Of a stretch of 64,000 bases of DNA, positions 26,214 through 39,611 are shown in pieces. The translations under genes and the position numbers were made by a program. Every line of letters starts with the position of its first letter. The stretch's first letter is position 1. The DNA comes from Paraspadella gotoi (lineage: Eukaryota; Animalia; Chaetognatha), in assembly GCA_051294375.1 (NCBI GenBank), contig CM119263.1, forward strand, positions 2,422,876 through 2,486,875, written 5' to 3'. The notes beneath the pieces are model-generated. The model was not told the DNA's origin. It worked only from the letters and a program-made list of their open reading frames with translations, and ran no database searches.

Positions 26214-26407
26214 CCCGGCAGATCCAGCGTCGCCTTCGCGTCCCCAACGCCGACGCCTTTCCTTTCGGCGTCTTTCCCTTTTCCTCCGCCAGAGGGACTG
26301 GGCGAACCCTTTTTGGCGGCGAACAAAAGACGATAGGCGTGTCGAGGGCATTTGTTAGCGTGGGTGAGAGGGGGAAGTGGATGAGCGTGCGCGGTGGAGC
26401 CGTTCGA
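26214..26407 (-). CDS. TMTC2: TMTC2-like exon 5 (lineage-specific loop insertion)
   Basis: tttttcttctttccag|TCG...GG|gtaagt; 194 nt open; phase 0 in and phase 2 out exactly bridge exon 4 (phase 0) and exon 6 (phase 2). Confidence 0.78.
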
Positions 26408-26427
26408 CTGGAAAGAAGAAAAAGTTG

Positions 26428-26670
26428 GGCGCTATTTTCTTAAAACGACTTATTTCTGGCTGTATTCCCTGAACTTAGTTTTAATCTAAATATTTAACTA
26501 TGATCTTTAACGATATAATTTTAACCCAGTCCTTAACTCTAATCCATAATACTAAATCCTAATCCCTAACCTAACCTAAACTTTCCCTAACCCTTAATCT
26601 AATCTTTAAACTTAAAACTAACTTAATTTTGAATATAAGCTGAAATGAAGGACTTTTGGAAAATGTGGCA
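26428..26670. mobile_element. MITE-like element with telomere-like internal array
   Basis: ggcgctattttcttaaaacg ... gaatataagctgaaatgaaggacttttggaaaatgtggc; a degenerate member of the same family. Confidence 0.45.
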
Positions 26671-26679
26671 AAAAGTTGA

Positions 26680-26960
26680 AAGAAGAAAATAAAAAGGAAA
26701 GAAGAAAAAAGAAAGAAAAAATAAAAAGGAAAAGAAGAAAAGAAAAAAGGAAAAAAAGGAAAAAAAGGAAAGAAGAAAATAAAAAGGAAAGAAGAAAATA
26801 AAAAGGAAAGAAGAAAATAAAATAGAAAGAAGAAAATAAAAAGGAAAGAAGAAAATAAAAAGGAAAAAAGAAAATAAAAAGAAAAGAAGAAAATAAAAAG
26901 GAAAGAAAAGAAAATTAAAATGTAATAAAATTCAAGATAAATAAAGAAAAAAAAAGGAAA
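26680..26960. repeat. Purine-rich ~19-bp tandem repeat AAATAAAAAGGAAAGAAGA
   Basis: Direct periodicity; inverted copy at about 16080-16330. Confidence 0.85.
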
Positions 26961-28165
26961 TAGTTTTAAAAAATTATAAGATGTGAAAAGAAAAACCGCG
27001 AAAACTGGGAAAAGGTTTCGTGTCGTCGCTTAGCAANNNNNNNNNNNNNNNNNNNNNNNNNNNNNNNNNNNNNNNNNNNNNNNNNNNNNNNNNNNNNNNN
27101 NNNNNNNNNNNNNNNNNNNNNNNNNNNNNNNNNNNNNNNNNNNNNNNNNNNNNNNNNNNNNNNNNNNNNNNNNNNNNNNNNNNNNNNNNNNNNNNNNNNN
27201 NNNNNNNNNNNNNNNNNNNNNNNNNNNNNNNNNNNNNNNNNNNNNNNNNNNNNNNNNNNNNNNNNNNNNNNNNNNNNNNNNNNNNNNNNNNNNNNNNNNN
27301 NNNNNNNNNNNNNNNNNNNNNNNNNNNNNNNNNNNNNNNNNNNNNNNNNNNNNNNNNNNNNNNNNNNNNNNNNNNNNNNNNNNNNNNNNNNNNNNNNNNN
27401 NNNNNNNNNNNNNNNNNNNNNNNNNNNNNNNNNNNNNNNNNNNNNNNNNNNNNNNNNNNNNNNNNNNNNNNNNNNNNNNNNNNNNNNNNNNNNNNNNNNN
27501 NNNNNNNNNNNNNNNNNNNNNNNNNNNNNNNNNNNNNNNNNNNNNNNNNNNNNNNNNNNNNNNNNNNNNNNNNNNNNNNNNNNNNNNNNNNNNNNNNNNN
27601 NNNNNNNNNNNNNNNNNNNNNNCCCCCCCCGGCACCGCCACCCCAACCATTTTTTCCCGTTTTTTACGAGATTTTTCTCGCGATTTTACGAGGTTTTTTT
27701 TTCTCTCGCTTCTTCGAAGCGATGACCGATTTTAGCGAAACGAGCGACGTCGTAATAAGCGGTTACGACCTCGACTTTTTTTTAGACGAGAAGACATTCG
27801 TGACAAAATAAAAGTGGCCTCGAAATTCGTCATAAAAAGTCTTAAAGGACAATGGATATTGTCCATTGGGTAATAGCCGCGTGCTCTCTCTCTCTCNNNN
27901 NNNNNNNNNNNNNNNNNNNNNNNNNNNNNNNNNNNNNNNNNNNNNNNNNNNNNNNNNNNNNNNNNNNNNNNNNNNNNNNNNNNNNNNNNNNNNNNNNNNN
28001 NNNNNNNNNNNNNNNNNNNNNNNNNNNNNNNNNNNNNNNNNNNNNNNNNNNNCTCAGCGGTATTTCCATTTACAAGATATGAACTATGGCGAACTTACTT
28101 CGCGATTGACGCCATTTTCAGCCTTACCATATCATCCTCATTCCTCACTGGGTGAATGATCTTAC

Positions 28166-28272
28166 CCGTCGCGGCTGCGGCTCAAGGTGAGATCGGCTGC
28201 GGTAAGCGCAGTACTTCATATAAGAAGCCAGGGATAAGAGATAGAAGAGGCAAGCGCCCACGTCAGCACGGC
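28166..28272 (-). CDS. TMTC2: TMTC2-like exon 4
   Basis: ccccaaccag|GC...CGG|gtaaga; GRADVGACLFYLLSLASYMKYCAYRS (TMTC2 GRADVGA.LF.LLSL..Y.K.C). Confidence 0.93.
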
Positions 28273-28531
28273 CTGGTTGGGGAATGAGGGAGGGTGTTTA
28301 AGGGATTGGAAGAAGTGACAAGGAGCTGAAGATGATTATCCGCAAACATTGTTCACTGTTCAGTGTTCAGTGAACAGTGAACACCCTCTCGCGGCCACGG
28401 AACGAGTCCTGGTCCAGTGGTCCTATGACTTGGCTTGTAGGGTGGCTACGCCCCCAAAAATGGTTCACGGCCGTCCTCACGCTTGCCCTAGGGTAGGTTT
28501 CGGATAGGTATTGAACCCGGTACCCATTTAC

Positions 28532-28705
28532 CTACGATCCCCGCTACGGCCTCGGTGTGCACGGGATGCGCGGCGAAAGCGAGGCCGGCGAAGGCGGTGG
28601 GCGTGGTATCGAGGAAGAGGCTCCGAGCGAGACACGTGAACAAAAGGGAAACGGAGGCGTGGAGAACAACGTTGGTCACGTGGAATCCGAATGGATCTGG
28701 GGCGC
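28532..28705 (-). CDS. TMTC2: TMTC2-like exon 3
   Basis: ttatttcag|GC...GTA G|gtaaat; PFGFHVTNVVLHASVSLLF...FAAHPVHTEAVAGIV (H..N..LH and HP.HTEAVAGIVGRA motifs). Confidence 0.95.
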
Positions 28706-29019
28706 CTGAAATAAGGGGGGGGGAGGAATTGATTGATTTAATTAATCAATTAAGTTATCAATTAAGTGGAAATGAAAGAATAGTATCAGATTTTTATTAA
28801 ATGAATAACTAATTATACCAATTTTCGTTATGAATTACAATAAATTTACTATAACAATTAGTATTAGCGAATAAACTAAAACTTCAAGCCACTTTTAATT
28901 TTTGTTCCACTGCTCCAAATTAACAATTGGCAAAAATTGACTTTGGATTCTAATCGCCAGCGCTGACTCCTAACTTTACTGACCCTTACCCTCACTCACA
29001 CGTCTCCCCTCGACCTTAC

Positions 29020-29189
29020 CCGATGAGTTTCCCGCCAAATATCGATTCCACCGAAAACTGAGAACGCAGAGCGGACGATAGGATTTGTGACTCCCCGAGT
29101 GCGTCAAGGGTGTCCCCCAGAAGTCGTCGACGAAGATGTTGGCGACGGGAGACTCGGCGGCGATGTCGGGGTTGCGGAGGATCGCCCGG
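29020..29189 (-). CDS. TMTC2: TMTC2-like exon 2 (first luminal loop)
   Basis: cccttcag|C...TCG G|gtaagg; (S)RAILRNPDIAAESPVANIFVDDFWGTPLTHSGSHKSYRPLCVLSFRWN (DFWG..LTHSGSHKSYRPLC.LSFR is TMTC2-type). Confidence 0.96.
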
Positions 29190-29893
29190 CTGAAGGGGGG
29201 GGCACATTTAATTCAAATTGGGATGATATTTCATACGGCCTCCCTAACAAACATGAACGATTGACTACGTACATAATATTACATATTTACTCCATATAAA
29301 TTGTAAGACTGATAGCAAAAAAATGGCAGACAGCTTTGCTAACCAGCATGAACGATTGACTAACTGCTTAATATAACATATTGAATCCATAGTAATTGTA
29401 AGACGGATAGCATAGAATTTCATTCAGTCTCGCTACCCAACTTTTAACTTTTGTACTATGGAAGGAGGAAATAAATTTAAGTGACGAAGACTGTGAGAGA
29501 AAAATGAAAAAAGCGAAGTCAATGAACTCGGCCTGTGAAGAAGTTTCTTCTTTCACGCCCGCAATTTCTCGCGTTCAGGACGTCGGCCGACCGTGAAAGT
29601 TTGACGATGGAGCATTATGGCAGGAATTGCTAAAGCGTCTCTCTCAAAATGAGTGAGGAAGAAGTTAAGTTTATTCAATCATATGTATTTTCATAATATA
29701 AAGTCCATTAAAGTGTAGTCTTTTGGACGGGCGGCCTGTTTTAAGTGATTCGAAATCAGAACTACATCAGAAAGTTTTCCTTTCTGTCCAAAAATTGACG
29801 GTTTTATAAAACGATAGTGACCGGAGAGAAAAAGGCCGGTCAAATAAGTTAAATACGAAAGCATTCGTGACCTCGCGATTGAGCAAAATACGT

Positions 29894-29946
<53 letters not shown>

Positions 29947-30188
29947 GAACATATAATAAATATTATATAATATATAGTGACGTGTATAAATATTTAGAAA
30001 GCCAAGACGACAACAACAACAACTAGTAAGGGTTGTTTCTCGGCTGCAGTTTCACGAGTCTGTGACTGTCGCACTTTCACTGCAACGAAGGTGCTTGAAA
30101 TTAATGATGTTGTTTGCTAATGATGCGGTAAACAAGGAAAAAAAAATCAGGCCTTGCAAGGCTTCTCTTTACATCCTTTTTCTTTTTA

Positions 30189-30227
<39 letters not shown>

Positions 30228-30624
30228 TCTCTGTCTGTCTCTGTCGCAGACTTTTAATATCCTCAATCCTCTTCTCTCTCTCTCTCTCTTTTCCTCTCTC
30301 CTTCTCTCTCTCTCTTCTCTCTCTCTCTTTTCTCTTTCTCTCTCTATCTCTCGCCTTTTCTCTCTTTTCTCTCTTTGTTTCTGTATTTTCTCACTTTTTT
30401 CTGTCTTCAGTCAAGACATAATTACGTCTCTTTAACTTCTGTTGTTTGCCATGTTTTACTTTCCCTTTAATTTCTTCATTTTTTCGTTAATTTCTTTAAT
30501 TTTCTTTCAGTACCTCGACCCCCGACTCGCCACCTCCCCCCCTCCTCCTCCCACGATCTCGGCCACATTTTAATTCTCGTCGCTTCGCGTCTTCACAGTT
30601 CACACAACAGAATGCTCATTGCTC

Positions 30625-30686
<62 letters not shown>

Positions 30687-31437
30687 TTCCCCTCCATCCT
30701 TATCTCTACCACCCCTTTTTTTCCCTTGATTTTTTTAGCGGAGAATTTTGTTTTCTTCAGCCTCGTTTTCGATTTCGATTCGATCGATTTGTTTATTTCC
30801 TTTCGATGAAGAGAAATTCATCAGTTGAAAAAAAAAAAGTCGGATTTAAAAAAAATAAAAAAGAATCGAAAAAATTTAAAGGAAGAAAAAAAAATTTAAA
30901 AAGTTATTTTTTTTAGTCAATTTATTGACTTTGGAAAAAGGGGATTTCTTTCGACGTTATCTCCGTTTTTAAGTCTGCAGCGCAAACAAATTGAGGGTAA
31001 ACAACAAAAAGGGTCGCCATCTGGAAAAGAAAACATTGACCGATGTTGAGTCCCAAACGACTTTGACCCTTTGCGAGGCCCCTAACCTATTTCCTAGTTT
31101 TACATTTTCCTTATTTTACGTAGTCCTAGTTTCATAACTTCCTTATTTTCCATTTTCCTACTTTCATCAATTATTCCTTCCTTCTCAGAGTTAATCTCCG
31201 ATCTAATTAATCTAATTAATTTCCTAATCTTTATCTCTTAATCTAATTATTAATAACATGCGACGCCTACTAAACTTAATCCAAGGTGAAGTTCGGCAAC
31301 AGTTAGACAGAACATTTAAATCAAATGAAATCCAATCAAAACAAATCAATCTAATCAAATATCAATTCATAAGAAACAAATCAATTCAAATCAATCAATC
31401 AATCCTCCTCCGACCGTCATTCCTTAACATTTAAATA

Positions 31438-31468
<31 letters not shown>

Positions 31469-31820
31469 TCTCTAAGAACGACTCGATCTCTCCGATCCGT
31501 CGAATCGACGTCGGATCAACTTGGAAGCGGAGAAAGACCGAGAAACCCCATAACCTGAAGCCTCAAGAACACGAACGACTAAGAGATCGAAAAATTGTAG
31601 ATCGAATTTAAAAGCCGAGTTTTGGTGTCGAGTTCGAGTCGGGGGAAGCGGGCGAGGTGAGGATGGATCCCGTCAGGGGGGGTGGGTGAGTAAAGTCGGG
31701 TCGAAAAGAAAAAAACAAGCTAATGAGAATATTACGAAGAAAAAAAAAGTATTGGAAAAAGTGTGACTTATGTCTGCTAGAAAGGAGAGACAAATTGTGT
31801 AGTAATTGTATATGTGTGTG

Positions 31821-31917
<97 letters not shown>

Positions 31918-32699
31918 GTCGTCAGATTTTTTACTCTTAACCTTGCACTATTTTCGCCCTAACGTTGTTTTACCGTGAAAACAGTTCGTAGGTCTCTCAA
32001 TTATTTTCACAAACTCGATATTTTCTAAGATAGATTCGAGTTTAAAGTCAGTCATTCTTTAAATCCTTTAGTTACTTGAAAATCAATCAAAGTCGCAAGC
32101 AGTTAATTTTTTTTTCTTTAATCAAAAGGAATGTCTAATAACTAGTTCCGTTAAAAATCCTTTATAGAAAGGCCATTAAACTTATGTTTTCAGTTTATCA
32201 TTAGGTCCCCTTAAAAATTTTTTCACACTCGAGGACAAAAATGTCGCGTCGCCTTTTGTTCAATTAACATTTATTAAATTAAATCCTTAAAAGCGTCAAA
32301 AAAACGTTAAATCGAAAGAAACTTTTATGTGAATAATGGTAGCTTTTAATTTTATTGATACCTCATTGTATTTAAAAGGAAAAAATACTTCAAAGTTCAA
32401 CGAACTTTGAATTTTCATTTTCCGACCAAAACAAAAAATAATGATGACGTCACTCTATGCCAATGACCTCACGCCACTTCAATTGCGTGACGCGACATCA
32501 AGGTCGTCACGCCAACTCAATGACGCCACTCGACGTCAACGACCGTATAGATTCGCGTCTCCCACGAAATCAATCTTTTGCATCCAATTTTCTCCATCGT
32601 CAACTTCCGCTTTCGAATCCATAATATTTCATCTCTCAAAATTGTTTTCCTTTATTTTCTTCCCCTCATTTTTTTCCTTTTTTTTTTTATAAACTGCCT

Positions 32700-33265
32700 G
32701 GCCTTCTTTTCCCAGAACACCCCATTTTATCTTAAATTTTGAATTAAAATAATTTTTTTTAGTTGAAGATTAGTTTGAAGGTTAAGAAATAATTTAAGGA
32801 TTAGATTAGTGAATAAGGTTAGGAATTTGGTTTGTGATTAAGGTTAGCTATTTAGGTTAGGGATTAGCTTTTAGGGTTAAAGGTTAAGGTTAAAGAGGTT
32901 AATTTTACTTTCACCGACTGGGGTTAGGGTGGGTTTAGGGTTAAGGGTGATTTAAGAGTTGTTTAAGGTTAGAGGTGGTTAGGGTTAGGAGGATTTAGGG
33001 TTAAGGTAATTACTAAAAAAAACTTTTAAAAATTATTATTTAATTAGTATTTTTTTTTTTTAAGATGACAAAACTTCAGTCGATAAAAGTAATCCCAGAC
33101 TTTAACCTAATCATAAATTCTTACCCTAACCCCAAACCTTAACCATAATCCCTAACCCTAATTACTAACCTAATCCCTAACCTAATCCCAAGCATAATCC
33201 CTAACCCTAACTTCGAACCTAATCTTTAACGCAAAAGCTAGTTTAATTCTAAATTTAATTTTCTT
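32700..33265. mobile_element. MITE-like/telomere-like array, reverse orientation, followed by an oppositely oriented TAACCC block
   Basis: ggccttcttttcccagaacaccccattttatcttaaattt is the reverse complement of the family right end; ttaggg-like tract to about 33010, then taaccc-like tract 33120-33230. Confidence 0.55.
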
Positions 33266-33692
33266 CTGTATATTCTTCTTGCATTTTTTTCTTTCTATTT
33301 CTTTTTCTTTCTTTTTTTCTAGTTCCATTTTCCCGATATATTTTTTCCTCTTTTACTCCCCCCCCCCCGCCCTCCCACCATTTCCCCCCTTTTTGTGTAC
33401 ACTTTAGTTTTCCTTTGTGTACCAAGCTATTTCGTATTGTATGCTCTTCCTTTCTACTGTTTACTTTTTAATTTTGTTGACAAAATCCTGGTGCCATGCG
33501 TTTCTTTTTCAGACGAGACATACAAATGAAAAGGTTTTTAAAAATACTATTAATTCCAATAAATGTCTCGGCTCCTATTAATTTAAACGGCGCACACTTG
33601 CAGACGTAATGACCTACAGACAACACACAGACACACAGACAATGATTCCGAGACAATCCAATTTTCCACTCGTTGTGTCGACTCGTCGGATA

Positions 33693-33746
<54 letters not shown>

Positions 33747-33924
33747 ATTTGATTAATTTGGATTTTGATTTATTATGCTCTTTAAAGAAATGTAAAATGA
33801 ATTAACAATAAAATTACAATGTGGACTAACTATATACATTATACAATGTATGCATATTATACATAGTTCACAATTTCAGTGTTTACACAAAGATCCCTTT
33901 CCTTTTTTAACATTCCACACTCTC

Positions 33925-33979
<55 letters not shown>

Positions 33980-34196
33980 TTCCACCTCATACAGTTTTAG
34001 TCTCGCTTACACAGTTTCCTGTTCAGAAACTAGACTGGTTTATTTTTAATCGGTTTGAACAGAAAACGAATTTTTATTCGAGGCAGTAAATTAAGCGTTC
34101 GGCCCATTTTAACCCATCCAAATTTTTTCACGCTCTTTGCCTCTCTATCTCAATCGANNNNNNNNNNNNNNNNNNNNNNNNNGTTAATGGAAAGTC

Positions 34197-34260
<64 letters not shown>

Positions 34261-34324
34261 CAACGATTAATTTTCGCGATTTTTGTTGAATGAAAGAGAA
34301 AAAACGAAATGGGTTGTGGATGAT

Positions 34325-34562
34325 GAGAGATGGATGGATGGATGAATGGATGGAGATGAATGAATGAATGAATGAATGAATGAATGAATGAATGGATGAA
34401 TGAATGAATGAACGAATGAATGAATGAATGAATGAAGGGATGAATGGATGAATGAATGAATGAATGAATGAATGAATGAAGGGATGAATGGATGAATGAA
34501 TGAATGAATGAATGAATGAATGAATGAATGAATGAATGAATGAATGAATGAATGGATGGATG
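34325..34562. repeat. (ATGA)n/(ATGG)n tetranucleotide microsatellite (second copy 42595-42822)
   Basis: Direct reading; source of the SFIH pseudo-ORFs. Confidence 0.95.
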
Positions 34563-35134
34563 GGAGTGGTGAGTAGAGAGAGAGAAAAAAAAATGACCAT
34601 TGGGTCCGAGTGAACTATAATTAATAATATCAAAAATATCATAGAAATGTTTTCCCCCCACACATTTCTCAGAAATGAAGTTTGAATATCTTTTTCTTTT
34701 CAAATTTTAGCTTTTTCCCGCTCCGTAAATAAATTGTTTCGTCAAAAGATAAAAATAAATTCGCAAAAACCTAAATATTTTTAAAACCTGAGGACCGTTA
34801 GGAGATTGAACGAGATCTCCCGAAAATAATAAAAATCAAAAGCGGATTTCAATTTTTTTTTTAACCCGATTTTAGCCGGGCGAATCTGAGCAGGGGAGTG
34901 TTGTCTACGGCATGGAAGGCATGGGACGGCATGGAAGGGGAGAATGTTTCGTAGGAAAGGAGATTCCTTATTGTTTCGTCGACTTATTTTGCGATTGGGG
35001 GGGGGCAGGGGGCGAGAGAAAGAGATTCGGGTTTGGATAAAAGATAAAGATAAGAGGAAAAAAACAGGAGTCTGAATGAAAAGAACCTTTTGTGTCTCTC
35101 GTTCTGTCTCAGACTTTTAATATCCTCAATCCTT

Positions 35135-35194
<60 letters not shown>

Positions 35195-37656
35195 CGCTCT
35201 CTCTCTCGCTCTCTCATACACACACATATACAATTACACACAATTTGTCTCTCCTTTCTAGCAGACATAAGTCACACTTTTTCCAATACTTTTTTTTCTT
35301 CGTAATATTCTCATTAGCTTGTTTTTCTTTTCGACCCGACTTTACTCACCCACCCCCCCTGACGGGATCCATCCTCACCTCGCCCGCTTCCCCGACTCGA
35401 ACTCGACACCAAACTCGGCTTTTAAATTCGATCTACATTTTTCGACCTCTTAGTCGTTCGTGTTCTTGAGGCTTCAGGTTATGGGTTTCTCGGTCTTTCT
35501 CCGCTTCCAAGTTGATCCGACGTCGATTCGACGGATCGGAGAGTCGAGTCGTTCTTAGAGATCGTCTCGCGTCGTCGTCGTCGTCGTCGTTATTAATGTT
35601 AAGGAATGACGGTCGGAGGAGGATATGATTGATTGATTTGAATTGATTTGTTTCTTATGAATTGATATTTGATTAGATTGATTTGTTTTGATTGGATTTC
35701 ATTTGATTTAAATGTTCTGTCTAATGTTGCCGAACTTCACCTTGGATTAAGTTTAGTAGGCGTCGCATGTTATTAATAATTAGATTAAGAGATAAAGATT
35801 AGGAAATTAATTAGATTAATTAGATCGGAGATTAACTCTGAGGGAAGGAATAATTGATGAAAGTAGGAAAATGGAAAATAAGGAAGTTATGAAACTAGGA
35901 CTACGTAAAATAAGGAAAATGTAAAACTAAAGGAAATAGGTTAGGGGCCTCGCAAGGGTCAAAGTCGTTTGGACTCAACATCGGTCAATGTTTTCTTTTC
36001 CAGATGGCGACCCTTTTGTTGTTTTACTCAATTTGTTTGCGCGTGCAGACTTAAAAACGGAGATAACGTCGAAAGAAATCCCCTTTTTCCAAAGTCAATA
36101 AATTGACTAAAAAAAATAACTTTTTAAATTTTTTTCTTCCTTTAAATTTTTTTCGATTCTTTTTTATTATTTTTAAATCCGACTTTTTTTTTTCACACTG
36201 ATGAATTTCTCTTCATCGAAAGGAAATAAACAAATCGATCGAATCCGAAATCGAAAACGAGGCTGAAGAAACACAAATTCTCCGCTAAAAAAATCAGGGA
36301 AAAAAAGGGGTGGGTAGAGATAAGGATGGAGGAAGTGAGAGAGTAGGAAGAAGCCAGAAGGAAAGAGGATAAAGAGAGAAGTAGAGAAGCAAGAAAGAGC
36401 AACAGAGTATGACCCAGAAGAGAAGCAAAGAGGTAAGAGAGCAGAATAAAAAGTCACCAAGAGAGTAGGGAAGGATAAGAAACGAGTATAGAGACAGAGA
36501 GAGACAAGAAAGGGAAAGATAGAGAGGAGCAGAACCAAGCAAAGAAGATACAGTAGAAGAGAATGACAGAGAGAAGTACAGAAGAAGAGTAGGAGAAGAA
36601 AGAGAGAGAAAGAAGACGAGCAAGAAGAACCAGATGCAAAGACAGAGAAGAGAAAAGTAAGAAGCAAAAAGAGAAGTAAGAAAGGAGAAGAGAGAAGTAA
36701 GAGAAGAAAGAGAGTCAGCCACGACAGAAGAAAGGATGAGAGGAGAGACAGCCAAAGGAAGAAAGAAGAAGAGAAATGCGCAGCACAGCAGCCGCCACAA
36801 CGAAGAAAGATCAAGATAGAACAAAGAGCAGAGAAGCATAGAAGAAAGGCCGTAGAAAAAGAAAGAGAGATCTAGAAGGGCAGAACAGTCAAGTACTCTA
36901 GGGGCCTATCTGACGAGCCTAGCATTGTACGACAGAACAAGCGAAGGAACCAGATAGTGTAAAGAAATGAAGAGTCGGTAGTGGAGGATGCTGCGGAGGC
37001 TGGAATGTCAGCGATGGACCCGTCAGTGGTTGTGTACCCGGCCGGCCATGGCGAACGTGGCGCCCGCGCACGTTATATGCCGGCTAGCCCGGCGCGTGAG
37101 CTGGTGTGGGTGGGTGAGACCGAGGATAAGAGGATGAAACAGGGGGTAAACCCCAGCTTTGACGGAGCCTCGCGTTGTGGATACTAGGGGGACGATCGAC
37201 GTCTGTGGATCTGAAGATTAGGGCGGTATACCGGCCGTTATGGAAGCCTGGAATGAGAGAGAGAGAGAGAGAGAGAGAGAAGAGATGTGAGGAGAGAGAG
37301 AGAGAGAGAGCAGTTGGCAATTGAGCATTCTGTTGTGTGAACTGTGAAGACGCACGAAGCACGACGAGAATTAAAATGGCCCGAGATCGTGGGAGAGGAG
37401 GAGGGCGGGAGGTGGCGAGTTCGGGTGTCGAGGTACTGAAAGAAAATTAAAGAATTAACGAAAAAATGAAGAAAATTAAAGGAGAAGTAAAACATGCAAA
37501 CAACAAGAAGTTAAAGAGACGCTAATTATGATCTTCGACTGAAGACAAAGAAAAAAGTGAAAAATACAGAAACAAAGAGAGAAACGATAGTAAAAGAGAG
37601 AAAAGGGCGAGCAGCATAGAGATGAGAAAAGAGAGAGAGAGAGAGAGAGAGAGAAC

Positions 37657-37697
<41 letters not shown>

Positions 37698-37730
37698 GTA
37701 TTGAGGATATTAAAAGTCTGCGACAGAGAC

Positions 37731-37761
<31 letters not shown>

Positions 37762-38089
37762 TTGAGAGAGAGAGATAGAGAAGAGAGGAGAGAGAGGAGA
37801 GAGAAAGTAAAAAGAAAAAAGGATGTAAAGAGAAGCCTTGCAAGGCCACTGATTTTATGTCGGATCTTGTCATATCAGCAGATCCCGACTCTATAACTCA
37901 CTTTTTATAAACTCACTATCTTTGTCGGTCTGCGTCGGTCCGCCCCCTCAATATTGTCGGGCCACACACTTATATCATGTCAGACATCGAATTAGATTAA
38001 ATTATGCCAAAAAAAATGATTGTCCGTCCGTCCGTCTGTCCGTCCGATCGTCGTCCGTCGCTTCCGTCCCGTCCCACTCTTAGCAAAAA

Positions 38090-39050
38090 ACACCAATTAC
38101 TCGTGATTGATGGATGGATTATAAATGAAATTTTGTTTATGTGGTAGGTAAGTGTGTGAATTGAGCTGGATATGAAGTTTCGATGGAATCGTCCCGAGTG
38201 GAAATGAGTTTAATGGAAAAAAAACAAAAAAAAAATATACACTATTTGGAACACCAACTTGCTCATTGAGTGGATGGGCTGATTGACTGCAATTTGTATC
38301 GTGGTAGGAAAGTGTGTTGATGAACAGCGAATCAAGTTCGATGGAATAGTTTGAGCTGGAAATGAGTTTAAATGGAAAAAAACAAAAAACTGTTTTACTA
38401 ATTGATTATGCCTTTTTCCTTTTATCATTAAATGTATCTTGCAGGATGTATTAATAAATCAAATAACTTAAATCAGTTAATTAATTCAATTAGTAAAGTA
38501 AATTAATCAATAATTAATTAATTAGTCAAATCAATCCCGTCCATCCGTTCCATCTTTACGCAAAAAGCTCCAAATAACTCGTTGCTTGCTGGTTGGATTG
38601 GAATAAATTTGTGTGTGGGTAGGAAATGATGCTGATAAAGCTGATATAAAATTCGATGGAATTCGTGTGAGTGGAAATTAGTTTTAAAATGGAAACACAA
38701 AGTCAATTTACTAAAATCTTTTTATTTATTTTAACCAATAAATACTCCAATTTAATCATAATTGAGATTGGATAAGATTGAGTTGAAATTTTGTGTGTGG
38801 GTAGGAAAACGTATGACGAAAGCTTGATATAAAGTTTCAGTTGGAAACGTACCCAGTGAAATGAGTTTAAATTGAATAAAAAATATGAGTCACATTTACA
38901 TTGAATCTTTTTATTTATTTTAACCATGATAGATTGAGATCAAATTTTGTGAGCCTGGTAGGAAAGTGAGTGAAGAAGCTAGATATTAAAGTTTTGACGG
39001 AATGCAAGTTGAAAAAATTATGCAAGTTGAAAAAATGATGCATCCAAGGT
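38090..39050. repeat. Degenerate ~150-bp repeat, about 5 units (core GTGGGTAGGAAA...GCTGATATAAAGTTCGATGGAAT...GAAATGAGTTTAAATGGAA)
   Basis: The core recurs near 38140, 38300, 38615, 38797 and 38957; noisy. Confidence 0.6.
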
Positions 39051-39568
39051 TAAAAAATTCTTAAAAGCATAAGGATCGGTCACTATTGCATAAAAAGAGA
39101 GAGACGCGAGAGAGAGACAAGAGAGGGTATGAGAGAGAGAGAGAGAGTGAAGAGAGAAAAGAGAGAGAGTGAGAGAGAGAGAGAGAAAGCGAGACATAAA
39201 ATAAAAAAATCTTGAAAGAACTTCCCAAAAAAAGAAATCGAGCCAGAGCCCACTATCATAGAAATTAATGAAAAACCCGCGGGAAAAAACTAGATGAAAA
39301 CATGCGAATAACTAATGTTGACTGTACTAGTAATTGATTGAGGTAAGTTACTACATTGATTGATGTTATTAATTTCATTGATGCTTATAGGAATGGATTT
39401 ATTGATTCATGATAATTCAATTATTGATGCGATGTAGTCATTTCACTCTGTGATGATAGTCATTCAGTGATTGCGATGAATAAACTTCATTTCAATTGAT
39501 AGCGATGCATTGTATTCATGATGCTGATGATAGCTCCATAAACAAAACAAATGCGTGTATCGAGTGAA

Positions 39569-39611
<43 letters not shown>

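Noticed and set aside
23543-28159. Long ORFs containing X runs
   Set aside because: They only span N-gaps (23620-23788, 27036-27621, 27897-28052).
32760-33230. True telomere or chromosome fusion site (TTAGGG-like then TAACCC-like arrays)
   Set aside because: The repeats are highly degenerate, bounded by the MITE-like family terminus and found at many intronic sites; better explained as dispersed elements.
36173-37362. 213-aa and 181-aa hydrophobic ORFs and GC-rich ORFs at 36981-37362
   Set aside because: They lie in noisy sequence that replaces a CT microsatellite within a duplicated block; probably low-quality read sequence.
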